Source: an uncultured bacterium
GTDB taxonomy: Bacteria > Chloroflexota > UBA5177 > JANWHV01
DNA length: 64,000 nt
Assembly (NCBI GenBank): GCA_963827235.1
Contig: CAWHAE010000010.1
Span: 896,001-960,000, forward strand
Direction of reading: 5' to 3'
Shown here one piece after another: positions 55,442-64,000 of this stretch. The notes below the pieces were generated by a model, which was not told the origin of the DNA, ran no database searches, and saw nothing but the letters and a program-made list of their open reading frames with translations. Within the stretch, counting starts at the first letter, position 1, and each line of letters opens with the position of its first letter. The position numbers and the translations under genes are program-made.

Positions 55442-56401
55442 ATGTCGCAGGAACGGACGAGAGCCAGGCGGTTCGGCATTCAGCTACAAGCTCAACGCAC
55501 CACCTGGAAGGATTACCTGGAGACAGTACGCGCCGTCGAGGCGCTGGGCTACGACACCTTGTGGAACTTCGATCACATGTTGCCGTTCGCCGGGCCGGAG
55601 GACCAGCCGTGCTTCGAGACCTTCACGACCCTCACCGCGATCGCCCTCAGCACATCGCGCATCCGTTTCGGAGCCCTGGTCAACGGTGTCCTCTACCGGG
55701 ATCCGGCTACGCTGGCCAAATCTGCCACGGATGTCGACATTTTGAGCAACGGGCGCCTTGAGTTCACGCTGGGCGCCGCCTGGGCCGAACGAGAGTTCGC
55801 GGCTTACGGCCTTCCTTTTCCCGGCGTGCCCGAGCGTATGGAGCGCCTGACCGAGGCGGTAGAGGTCGTGAAGCTACTGTGGACGCAGGAGCGAACCACC
55901 TACGAGGGTAAGCACTTCAAGATCACCAACGCGCCGTGCTCGCCGAAGCCAGTTCAGCAGCCGCATCCTCCGATTACCATCGGAGGAGGTAGCAGGAGAG
56001 CGATCCGCGTCGCGGCGTCGCACGCGAACGGCTGGAACGGCATCGGCACTCCGGCGTACCTGGCCGAGCGGATTGCCGTTCTCCAGGAAGAGTGCTCGGC
56101 AGTCGGAAGGGACTACCGGGAGCTGGAGTTGTCCGTCCATCCGACACTCAGCGTTGCCAGGACCCACGAGCAGGCGGAGGCGTTCGCGCAGGCATACTGC
56201 GCCAGGCTCGGTATCGACCTGGAGTCGCAGCGAGGCAGATGGCTGCTCGGCACGCCCGACGAAGTGTGCGCTCAAATCCAGGCTTACGTCGAGGTTGGCA
56301 TCACGCACTGGATCATGGCCGCCGGGGCGCCGTTCAATCTCGACATGCTGGAGCTATTTGCTCGCGAGGTCATGCCGGCCTTCCGCTCAGCCGGCCGTTA
56401 G
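55442..56401 (+). CDS. LLM class (probably F420-dependent) oxidoreductase
   Basis: GYDTLW.FDH, YRDPA.LAK, GRL...LGA.W, PKP.Q.PHPPI.IGG; SD GGAGG. Confidence 0.92.
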   Translation: MSQERTRARRFGIQLQAQRTTWKDYLETVRAVEALGYDTLWNFDHMLPFAGPEDQPCFETFTTLTAIALSTSRIRFGALVNGVLYRDPATLAKSATDVDILSNGRLEFTLGAAWAEREFAAYGLPFPGVPERMERLTEAVEVVKLLWTQERTTYEGKHFKITNAPCSPKPVQQPHPPITIGGGSRRAIRVAASHANGWNGIGTPAYLAERIAVLQEECSAVGRDYRELELSVHPTLSVARTHEQAEAFAQAYCARLGIDLESQRGRWLLGTPDEVCAQIQAYVEVGITHWIMAAGAPFNLDMLELFAREVMPAFRSAGR

Positions 56402-56490
56402 GGTGGATCGCATCTCTCCGCCTGAGCGGTCACGCGGCGAAGCGGTTCATCGCTCGCCACGCGGGCTGCCCACGGCGGCGGGCGATGCGC

Positions 56491-57318
56491 TCAACCGCCC
56501 TCGAGGCCGGCGAGGGTCTGGGCGAGCCACTCTCTGTGCTGGGGCAGGGCGATCTCGGGAGGAGCCAGCTCCGGGTGCCATTTCTTTTCCCATTCCACCG
56601 AGATCCAGCCCCGGTAGCCTATGCGTAGGAGCGTCGCCAGCTGCTCGCGAACCGGGACTTCTCCCTCGCCAAGGGGCACAAGCTGCCAGTCGCCGCCGGC
56701 CGCTACCCTCCGAGCGTCCTTAACGTGCACGTGCACGATCCGGGGGCCAAGCGCCTCGGCCACCTGTGCCGGCGACTCGCCCATCCGGTACGGATGGTGG
56801 CTGTCCCAGAGAGCGCCGCCACCTGAGGAGGAGATACGGTCCAGCACGCGGGCGACACGACGGGCAGACGAATAGGCGTCATGTGTCTCCAGCGCCACGG
56901 TCACGCCGGATCCGGCGCAGACCGGCAGAATCTGCTCGATGGCGCCGGCAAGACGCACGTCGGCGGCATCGCCATCGTCCGGATCCGCGCCGCCAAACAC
57001 TCTCAGCACGGGCACTGCGCACCGTCGAGCGAGAACGATCCAGGCCCGGAGATCTTCCAGTGTCCGGGCTCGCTCCCGTGGATCGGCTGCCGCCAGCCGG
57101 CATGATGTGTCGAAGGCGCAGACTTCGATCTTTCGCGATCGGCTGCGCTGCACCGCCTGCTCCACGTCCGCGGCATGCACCACGGGATCGATCAGCTTCC
57201 CATCCAGCAGGCGCAGCTCCAGGCCCTGGTAGCCCAGCCCGACAGCCGCATCAAGCACCTCGGCGAGCGTCCAGTCGGGACATGCGAGCGTACTGAACGC
57301 GATGCGCAGAGCAGCCAC
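56491..57318 (-). CDS. Sugar phosphate isomerase/epimerase (xylose-isomerase-like TIM barrel)
   Basis: AFSTLACPDW, G.ELR, RVFGG, ETHD, WD..H, HVHVKD, SVEWEK.WHP. Confidence 0.9.
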   Translation of the reverse strand: MAALRIAFSTLACPDWTLAEVLDAAVGLGYQGLELRLLDGKLIDPVVHAADVEQAVQRSRSRKIEVCAFDTSCRLAAADPRERARTLEDLRAWIVLARRCAVPVLRVFGGADPDDGDAADVRLAGAIEQILPVCAGSGVTVALETHDAYSSARRVARVLDRISSSGGGALWDSHHPYRMGESPAQVAEALGPRIVHVHVKDARRVAAGGDWQLVPLGEGEVPVREQLATLLRIGYRGWISVEWEKKWHPELAPPEIALPQHREWLAQTLAGLEGG

Positions 57319-57339
57319 TTCAGCCTCCATCTCGCGCGG

Positions 57340-58410
57340 TCACAGCGTTTCGGCGGCAAGCACGAACGCCGCCTGCTCCAGCAAACCGCCTTCCTCCCGC
57401 TGACTTGCCGGCCTGGAAGCATTGGCCACCGGCCACTCCCAGCTTACGAAGTCACGCACCGGCGCCAGCGTCACCGAGCCGGGGCTCGCCGCGGCAAGAT
57501 GGGACAGAGCTTGGAAGTAGATGGCATCGTAAGCGGCGTACTGTCCGCGGTCGCGCCACGGTCCCGCGAACGCGGCGGCAGTCTCGGCGGCAATGAGGCG
57601 CGCATCGGTCGCGTACGAACTCTGGCCTGTAGCGCGCGCGAAGGCCAGATCGGCGTCGATCATAACGCCCTGATTGTAGCTGACGAAATCCTTGTCGACG
57701 GTGCCGTTAGCCAGTATGTGATCCCAGTACAGGCCGTTCGGAGCCCGCAGATGTGCGTTCTCCCAATCGTACAGGCGGTGCGCCCAGGACAGGTAGCTGG
57801 ATTCATGAGTCAGCTGTGCCAGGCGCAGGGCGATGGTAATCGCCGGCGCGGTGGAGACGGTTGGGCGATCCTGGTGACCGTCCGCCCAGATGATGCCTCC
57901 CTGCTGCGCATCCCAGCCGGTGGTGATGAACGCGAACACGTGCTCCGCCGTGGTGAGATACGAGCTGTCGTGAAGCAGGCCGTACGCGTCGAGCAGGTCG
58001 AGTGCGATCCAGTTGTTGTCGTCGTAGTAGCGAAGACTACGCACGATGCGGGCATGATATCCGCCCCCAGTGGCGGCGTAGACGTGCAGCGAGCCGATGA
58101 TCCTGCGTACGCGAGCTAGGTCGGCCGCGGCACCGGTTTGCGCGGCAACGGCAATTGCCGCCGACAGTACCTGCGATGTGGGCCAGAGGGCGGCGTACGG
58201 CTCGTGTTGACCACCAGTGACGCGGTAGAGCCCGGCCGGCGCATCGTAGAACTCGACGTCAAGTCGATCCAGAGCTGCCACTGCCTCGCCGGCGTAGGCG
58301 GAGCGCGCGCCGTGGGCGCGCGCTCCGCCTACGCCGGCCAGGAGAGCGACGACGAGCACGGCGATCGAGGCCACGTTCCGCACGTACAGAGTGCAATTCC
58401 TTGCGGTCAT
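57340..58410 (-). CDS. Secreted glycoside hydrolase family 76 (alpha-1,6-mannanase-like)
   Basis: Signal peptide; catalytic YYDD..W motif, GGI.W, SYNQG. Confidence 0.88.
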   Translation of the reverse strand: MTARNCTLYVRNVASIAVLVVALLAGVGGARAHGARSAYAGEAVAALDRLDVEFYDAPAGLYRVTGGQHEPYAALWPTSQVLSAAIAVAAQTGAAADLARVRRIIGSLHVYAATGGGYHARIVRSLRYYDDNNWIALDLLDAYGLLHDSSYLTTAEHVFAFITTGWDAQQGGIIWADGHQDRPTVSTAPAITIALRLAQLTHESSYLSWAHRLYDWENAHLRAPNGLYWDHILANGTVDKDFVSYNQGVMIDADLAFARATGQSSYATDARLIAAETAAAFAGPWRDRGQYAAYDAIYFQALSHLAAASPGSVTLAPVRDFVSWEWPVANASRPASQREEGGLLEQAAFVLAAETL

Positions 58411-58648
58411 TCCAGTCCCTTGCGTTGAGCGGTGTCCTATGTGCTGAGCGTGATCGTGCCGGCGCCTCCTCTTTACGGTACCGTCCTGGCGGCATGGCCG
58501 CAACGCGGCTTCGCGCGGGCGCTGCCATGGACGAGTCCGCCTATCGCGAGCTATGGCACGATAAGACGCACAATGATACCGTCATAAGAGCGAAATCGCC
58601 TAGCGGTTGGAGTTCAACGGTGAACAGCAGGGATGGAGTACAAGGTCA

Positions 58649-59947
58649 ATGCTTGGTGAAGAAATCGTCGCTGCCCGGCGTGAAACGGCGAGCGCCGCGG
58701 CTCAGGGCAGCGCAGCCAGACGGCCATGGTCGGGTTTGGCCGCTCGAACAGACACTGCCGCCCTTGTTGCCGCTGTGCAGGCATTCACCGTCAGCCGTGC
58801 CATCCTGGTCACCGTCACCTACTTCGCCATGGCGCTCCACCCGAGCGTTTGGGGCGCCGGAACGCCGAATTCAGCCAGTCTCTGGGACGTTTGGTATCAG
58901 TGGGACGCTCGCTGGTACGTACGCATCGCCAGGATCAACTATCACTGGCACGGCTTCCATTACTGGGATTCGGTAGCCTTCTTCCCACTCTACCCGGTAT
59001 TCATCTTCGCGCTCGCCGCCGTCCTCCCCGTCTCCACGAAACTGATCGCCATTCTGGTCTCCAACGCCATCTTCTTCGCGGCGTTGATCGCACTGTACCG
59101 GCTGGTACGCCAGGAATTCGATGCCGCGGCTGCCCGGCGAACTGTCCTCTACATCTCGGTCTTCCCGACCGCCCTCTTCTTCTTCGCCGGATACAGCGAA
59201 TCGCCATTTCTGCTCTGGTCGGTGCTCTCGATCACGGCGATGCGCCGCCAGAGCCGGCCCTGGGCCGGTGTGTTCGGCGCCCTGGCGGCTGCCACGCGGT
59301 CGCAAGGACTCGTGCTCTGCGTGCCGTTCGCCGTCGAGTGGTGGATGGCCTGCGGACCCCGCCGGTATACGCTGGAGGAGCTCGGCACCCACCAGCGCCG
59401 GCACCTCATCACGGGCATTCGAGGCAGCGACATCCGTTCCTTTCTCTGGTGCGCATTCATTCCGGCATCCTGGATTCCGCTCGCGTGCATCATGTGGGCC
59501 CGCTTCGGACGGCCTCTTCTCTTCCTTCAGGCTCAGCAGGCGTGGCACCGGGTAACGACCTGGCCGTGGGTCGGCATGTGGCGCACGCTCCAGAAGATCT
59601 CTTTCACGCACATGGCTACGCCGGTGTCGGCGCACAATCTGCAGGAGTTCCTGGCCGTGCTGTTCTTCGCCGGCCTGATTGTCGCGGGGAGCAGAAGACT
59701 GCCGGCCTCCTTGTCGCTGTACGCGGCGACGGGGCTGCTCGCCATTTTGGCAAACCCGGCCATCGCCGACAACTACTACCAGCCGCTTATGTCCGCATCC
59801 CGACTGTGCCTCGGCTTATTCCCCTGCTTCATCACGCTCGGCATTCGCGGCAGCTGGGAGCCGCTGGACCGTGTCGTGACCACCGGCGGAGCGGCGCTGC
59901 TCGCCATCTTCACAGTCGTCTATCTCCAGGGAGCATGGGTCGCGTGA
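58649..59947 (+). CDS. GT-C mannosyltransferase, PIG-V/Mannosyl_trans2-like
   Basis: Multi-TM; WD..WY..IA, AFFPLYP, FP...F...YSES, R..G, S..R motifs. Confidence 0.88.
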   Translation: MLGEEIVAARRETASAAAQGSAARRPWSGLAARTDTAALVAAVQAFTVSRAILVTVTYFAMALHPSVWGAGTPNSASLWDVWYQWDARWYVRIARINYHWHGFHYWDSVAFFPLYPVFIFALAAVLPVSTKLIAILVSNAIFFAALIALYRLVRQEFDAAAARRTVLYISVFPTALFFFAGYSESPFLLWSVLSITAMRRQSRPWAGVFGALAAATRSQGLVLCVPFAVEWWMACGPRRYTLEELGTHQRRHLITGIRGSDIRSFLWCAFIPASWIPLACIMWARFGRPLLFLQAQQAWHRVTTWPWVGMWRTLQKISFTHMATPVSAHNLQEFLAVLFFAGLIVAGSRRLPASLSLYAATGLLAILANPAIADNYYQPLMSASRLCLGLFPCFITLGIRGSWEPLDRVVTTGGAALLAIFTVVYLQGAWVA

Positions 59948-61221
59948 ACGCCGGAACGCGCGTCACAAGATCGGCCGCCAGGGTTACCCCGATGATCCCG
60001 CGTCTGTGGTCGGCCACTGTCGTCCACGCCTGGCTGCCCATGGCGCCGGCAGTGGTCCTGATGCTCATCGGCTTCGTGCGCATCCTGCCGGCCGTCTCGC
60101 TGGCGCATCAGGACCAGTTCGCCCTCGTCGCCTCGAGCCATCTCGCGTGGTCCGACATCGCCAGCATCTACGGGCGGGCCGACCTCAGCGGGCATGCATT
60201 TCCCTATGTTCACGGTCACTCGCTTGAATACCCGGTCTTGACCGGTGTCGTATTCTGGATGGCCGGCTTCGCCGGCTACGCATCGGATGCAACGCCGGCC
60301 TTCATCGTCAACTACGTCCTGCTGGCCTGCGCGGGCCTCGGCCTCGTGGCGCTGATCGCGAGGCAGCCGGGAGCGAACCCGTGGCTGATGGCCTGTTCGC
60401 CGGCCCTCGCCCTCTACACGGGCGCCAACTGGGATCTTCTGGCCCTTCTGCCCGGGATCGCGGCCCTGATCCTGTACGAAGAGGAACGCGACACCTGGGC
60501 CACGGTTCTGCTCGCGGCGAGCGTGTGGCTCAAGTTCTTCGCCATACTGTGGCTGCCGCTGGTCGTAGTTGCGCGCTGGCGCGCCGGGAAACACGCCGCC
60601 GCCCTGAGAGTCGCCGGCCTCTTCGCGGCGTTGAGCGCCCTGGTCAACCTTCCATTTGCATTGCGGGACGACTATGAGTGGGGCCTCTTCTTCTCGTTCA
60701 ACCGCGAACGCAGTCCGGAAGTGAATTTCTGGACCATCCTGCGCGACTACCATCTCGGCGTGGACACCATCAATCTGCTCTCACTGGTCACCGTCCTGAT
60801 CGCCATGGCCCTCCTGGCGCTGGCGCAGTGGCGCAGCCCTCGCAGCATCCTGCTTCCGGCCGCGGCGATTATCCTCTCCGTCGATTTCTTCATCGGCAAG
60901 GTCTACAGCCCGCAGTACTTCATCTGGCTGTTGCCATTTGCGGCCCTGCTGGCCGCGCCGTTCTGGCTGTGGGTTGCGCTGGCCTTCATCGACCTGCTGT
61001 ACTACGTGGCCAGCTTTCAGATCCTCTATATGACCAAGGTTCCCGGTGACGCCGCGGTCGGCTCCCTCTCGGCCTGGGACTTCGATCACGTGCTGACACC
61101 GTCCATGGAGGCTCGCGAATTCCTCTTCCTCGTGCTCATCTGCTGGTTGGTCGTGGCGCGCCTGCTCCGCCGCGAACCGCTGCAAGCGCAGGCCCGGCCC
61201 GGCCATACCCGGCCGGCGTGA
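59944..61221 (+). CDS. GT-C glycosyltransferase family 87
   Basis: SDI..Y, LEYPVLTG, NWDLL, KVYSPQY..WL; GTGA overlap with the upstream stop. Confidence 0.88.
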   Translation: MNAGTRVTRSAARVTPMIPRLWSATVVHAWLPMAPAVVLMLIGFVRILPAVSLAHQDQFALVASSHLAWSDIASIYGRADLSGHAFPYVHGHSLEYPVLTGVVFWMAGFAGYASDATPAFIVNYVLLACAGLGLVALIARQPGANPWLMACSPALALYTGANWDLLALLPGIAALILYEEERDTWATVLLAASVWLKFFAILWLPLVVVARWRAGKHAAALRVAGLFAALSALVNLPFALRDDYEWGLFFSFNRERSPEVNFWTILRDYHLGVDTINLLSLVTVLIAMALLALAQWRSPRSILLPAAAIILSVDFFIGKVYSPQYFIWLLPFAALLAAPFWLWVALAFIDLLYYVASFQILYMTKVPGDAAVGSLSAWDFDHVLTPSMEAREFLFLVLICWLVVARLLRREPLQAQARPGHTRPA

Positions 61222-62531
61222 CCGCGACAAGACAGGACAGCCCGTTCGCGACCGGCAGCGGCGGGGGACGCCTCGCGCCGGTGGACGGCCTTCGCGGCCT
61301 GGCGATTCTTCTGGTTCTGCTCGCGCACGTCCACCAGGCGGTGGGCTACCCGTACATCGCGGATCCTGCCGTATTTGCCTCCGTGGATTTTGCCAGGAGC
61401 GGCGTCGACCTGTTCTTCGTGCTGAGCGGCTTCTGCCTGTATTACCCGCTCACCAAGCCGGGCGCCAAGCCTCGCTGGCGCACATTCTTTTGGCGCCGCG
61501 CCAGGCGTCTCCTGCCGCCCTATTACGCGGCGCTAGCACTGGTAGTCTTCGCGCCGTTGGCAATCCGGCCGGCGGCGGCTCGGCTCGGCGCGCTGGTAGT
61601 GTCGAGCTCACCGCCCGATTGGCATCAGGTCTGGACGCATCTCACCATGACACACCCGTTTTTCGCGGATGCATTCTATGGGCTGGACAGTCCACTGTGG
61701 TCTCTGGGCGTGGAATGGCAGTTCTATCTGGCCTTCCCGCTCGCAGTGTGGCTGGTCGCGAGGCTCGAGTGGCGAGGGGTGGCGCTGGTGGGCTGCGCGA
61801 CCTTGGCCTACAGGCAGCTCGTTATGGTCGCCCCGGCGCCTGTGCCGTCAATACCGTTCGACATCGCGGAGATCTTCCCCAGCCGCTGGCTCGAGTTCGT
61901 GATGGGCATGCTGGTGGCCATGCAGCTGCGCCGCGCCGGCACCGGTGGGGTCCCGCGCTACCGCGAGGCGTTCGACCTAGCCGGTACGTGCGCGGTGTTC
62001 GTTGTCGCCTCGTACTACCTGTACGGCCCTCTGGAAAATGCTCCCTACGCGCACAAGGACCTCCTGTTCAGCGTGTGTTGGGCCATGGTGGTCTATCTCA
62101 CCTGCCGCGAGGGCAGTGTCGTCTCCGCCGTGTTCTCCTGGCGTCCGCTGGTCTGGCTGGGCACTATCTCCTACAGCGTCTACCTGCTGCACTTTCCCAT
62201 CATCTTCGCACTGGCGCCGCCCGTGAATGCCCTGCACGCCGAGAGCTACGCACAGCTGATGATCCTGGCGGCAATCTCATTGCCGGCGGTGATAGGCTGC
62301 TCGGCGGTGTTCTACCACTACGTGGAGCGCCCGTTCTTGAACACGGCGCCGGCTGCGCCCAGCCAGCGTGCGCTCAGCAGCAGTCCTGCGAGCGAGGAGG
62401 ACGCGCGGGAGAGAGCGGAACAGTCGATGCCGCACTCGGACTTCGTCGGTGAGCCCGTGCCGTCACGCTCGATGGCCCGCAGGAGCGGTGCCTGGCCCAC
62501 GCCATCGGGCAGCCGGGGTCGCGCGCGGTGA
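61218..62531 (+). CDS. Acyltransferase family 3 (OafA-like)
   Basis: DGLRGLAI..V..H, GVDLFFVLSGF, RR..R..PPY, WSL.VEWQFY, LGTISYS.YL.H, VERP. Confidence 0.93.
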   Translation: MTATRQDSPFATGSGGGRLAPVDGLRGLAILLVLLAHVHQAVGYPYIADPAVFASVDFARSGVDLFFVLSGFCLYYPLTKPGAKPRWRTFFWRRARRLLPPYYAALALVVFAPLAIRPAAARLGALVVSSSPPDWHQVWTHLTMTHPFFADAFYGLDSPLWSLGVEWQFYLAFPLAVWLVARLEWRGVALVGCATLAYRQLVMVAPAPVPSIPFDIAEIFPSRWLEFVMGMLVAMQLRRAGTGGVPRYREAFDLAGTCAVFVVASYYLYGPLENAPYAHKDLLFSVCWAMVVYLTCREGSVVSAVFSWRPLVWLGTISYSVYLLHFPIIFALAPPVNALHAESYAQLMILAAISLPAVIGCSAVFYHYVERPFLNTAPAAPSQRALSSSPASEEDARERAEQSMPHSDFVGEPVPSRSMARRSGAWPTPSGSRGRAR

Positions 62532-62583
62532 GTTACGTGAAGAACAGCGATGGGATGCGGACCTCGAAGCGCGGACGAGCGCC

Positions 62584-62970
62584 CTACAGGTCCTCGAAAT
62601 GCCGATCGAAGCTGTAGATCTCGCCCGAACCCTTCTCGCGCATCACCGCGACTGCGAGTGCGTCGGCAAAATCCAGCTCCTTATGCAGGGCAAACAGCTC
62701 CAGTGCAGCCAGGCAAACCCGCTTGTTAGTGATCCTGAGATGCTTCATCATCAGCAGCGGGCGCAGCCTGTCACGAATATCCGGGTGGCTGAGCCCGTAC
62801 AGGCTCTTGGATGCAAGCACGCAGATGACCTCGTGAATATGGACATCCGTCGTGCATGCCTCCTCATTTCCGTCAGCCACTCTACGAATGATCTGTGCCG
62901 AGAGGGACGCGGCGCCAGGATCGTCCGTCGTCAGGTATCGCAACAGGATATTGCTGTCTATGAATCGCAT
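62584..62970 (-). CDS. vapC: PIN-domain toxin (VapC family)
   Basis: IDSNILLR, E, DFADA, YSFD..F acidic PIN motifs. Confidence 0.9.
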   Translation of the reverse strand: MRFIDSNILLRYLTTDDPGAASLSAQIIRRVADGNEEACTTDVHIHEVICVLASKSLYGLSHPDIRDRLRPLLMMKHLRITNKRVCLAALELFALHKELDFADALAVAVMREKGSGEIYSFDRHFEDL

Positions 62971-62973
62971 TGA

Positions 62974-63240
62974 CTACATGCCTGTCATCTCTTCGTAGAC
63001 GCCCCTGGAGTGCTCTTCGCCGGCCAGGCCGAACATGTCCTCGAGTGATTTTCGCTCGGCCAGCGGAGGCACCGAGCCGCGGACGCTCTCGACAGTGTAG
63101 CGCGAGGGCACAATACGAACGCTGTCACCCTCTACTTCAAAGGTCACCTTTTCCTTCGGCTTCACGCCCAGCAACTTGCGAATCTCGGCGGGCAGCGTCA
63201 CCTGTCCCCGCACGGTCAGCGTAGTGTAGTACCGCTGCAT
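62974..63240 (-). CDS. AbrB/MazE/SpoVT-family antitoxin
   Basis: T.T.RGQVTLP.EIRK.LG......V.F; directly upstream of the PIN gene; SD AAGGA. Confidence 0.9.
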   Translation of the reverse strand: MQRYYTTLTVRGQVTLPAEIRKLLGVKPKEKVTFEVEGDSVRIVPSRYTVESVRGSVPPLAERKSLEDMFGLAGEEHSRGVYEEMTGM

Positions 63241-63586
63241 TCTACCGTCCTTAAGCTCGTTTCTCGCCTCAGTGATTGTCGCACGATTTCGTCGCGGGTG
63301 TATCCAATTCGTGACCGATCTTGGCGCAATAGCAATCGCCACGCTTCCGCGACCCGCACCCGGACACTACCACCCCCTCGATCCGGGCGCTGCGCGGACC
63401 CAGCACGGCAGCCTATGTGCAGAGCCGTTACTCTGAATTTAGCCAGGTAGCACCGGTACCTCGAGGCAGGTTCGTGCGCTCCCCAGCTCCCCGTCGAATA
63501 GGGAGTCCGCTCTTTCGCCAGGTCGCTGCTTCGCCGGCAATCGGTCGAAGGCGGGGCCGGCAACAGATCCAGAAGGAGGTGCCGCT

Positions 63587-64000
63587 GTCGGCAGCAAAGA
63601 GCTTCTCACCGTGCTCATCTTCGCGGCCACGCTGGTGGCGGTGCTCACGCGGCCGCGCAACGTGTCTGAAGGCATGTCGGCGGCCCTCGGCGCGGCGGTG
63701 CTGCTGCTTACCGGCTGCGCGGGCTGGAACGACCTGGTCGCCGTGTTGGGTGATAACCTGACCGTGCTCGCCTTCTTCCTCGGCATGATGACTCTCACCA
63801 CGTTGGCCGAGGAGGCAAGGGTGTTCGAGCGCATGGCAGCAGGCGCCGCGGCGCTGGCCGGCGGCAGCCCCAGGCGACTGTTCCTGAACGTGTTTGGGCT
63901 TGGGGTGATCATCTCGACCTTCCTGACAAACGACGCCACGGCGCTGATCGTCACACCGATCGTGTACGCGTTGGTCACTCGCCTGCGACTCGATCCGCTC
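63587..64000 (+). CDS. ArsB/NhaD (IT superfamily) membrane transporter, 3' truncated by the window edge
   Basis: RP..V.E, FFLGMM, F...A..A, FLTNDATALIVTP.V; start uncertain (first canonical in-frame start is GTG 63611). Confidence 0.85.

Noticed and set aside
58726-59943. N-terminal half of the 831-aa ORF
   Set aside because: Arg/Pro-rich off-frame overlap of the PIG-V-like gene; the GT87 starts at GTG 59944, overlapping the upstream stop
62584-63240. TA pair as a marker of a mobile element
   Set aside because: No integrase, transposase, tRNA or terminal repeats visible nearby; ordinary vapBC-type module

Overview
GC-rich bacterial window. About 50 kb (354-50166) is a near-complete flagellar and chemotaxis supercluster of monoderm type: flbD-motAB-fliMY-fliOP-fliQR-flhBA-flhF-fliA; flgF/G-flgMNKL-fliW-csrA; cheW/cheY; flgC-fliEFGHIJ-(M23+SLT)-flgB-fliK-flgDE; two tandem flagellins; fliD-fliT-flaG-fliS; cheBR and an HDOD protein. 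No flgA/H/I, flgJ, fliL, flhG, cheA or MCP is seen in the window. The gene content (no L/P rings, csrA-fliW, sortase, F420-type LLM) suggests a Chloroflexota- or Actinomycetota-like organism; this is inference only. Unusual elements inside or next to the cluster: an LPSTG-ending secreted protein directly upstream of the rod genes, with a (damaged) sortase and an amidase at the cluster edge; an M23-SLT fusion; an extra RpoD-like sigma factor downstream of fliS; two FliT-like paralogues; an FlhF with degenerate GTPase motifs; an antisense rmlC wedged between fliP and fliQ; a TPR/GT41 glycosyltransferase beside extremely Ser/Thr-rich, Arg-poor axial proteins; a 2.2-kb tandem duplication with homogenised fliC copies and covarying 3' hairpins; a readable sigma28 regulon of 7 promoters; and an flgK broken by six +1 base duplications (probably sequencing error). 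The right end carries a RACo-type corrinoid activator, an LLM oxidoreductase, a TIM-barrel epimerase, a GH76/GT76-like/GT87/acyltransferase glycan locus, a vapBC-type TA pair and a truncated ArsB/NhaD transporter.
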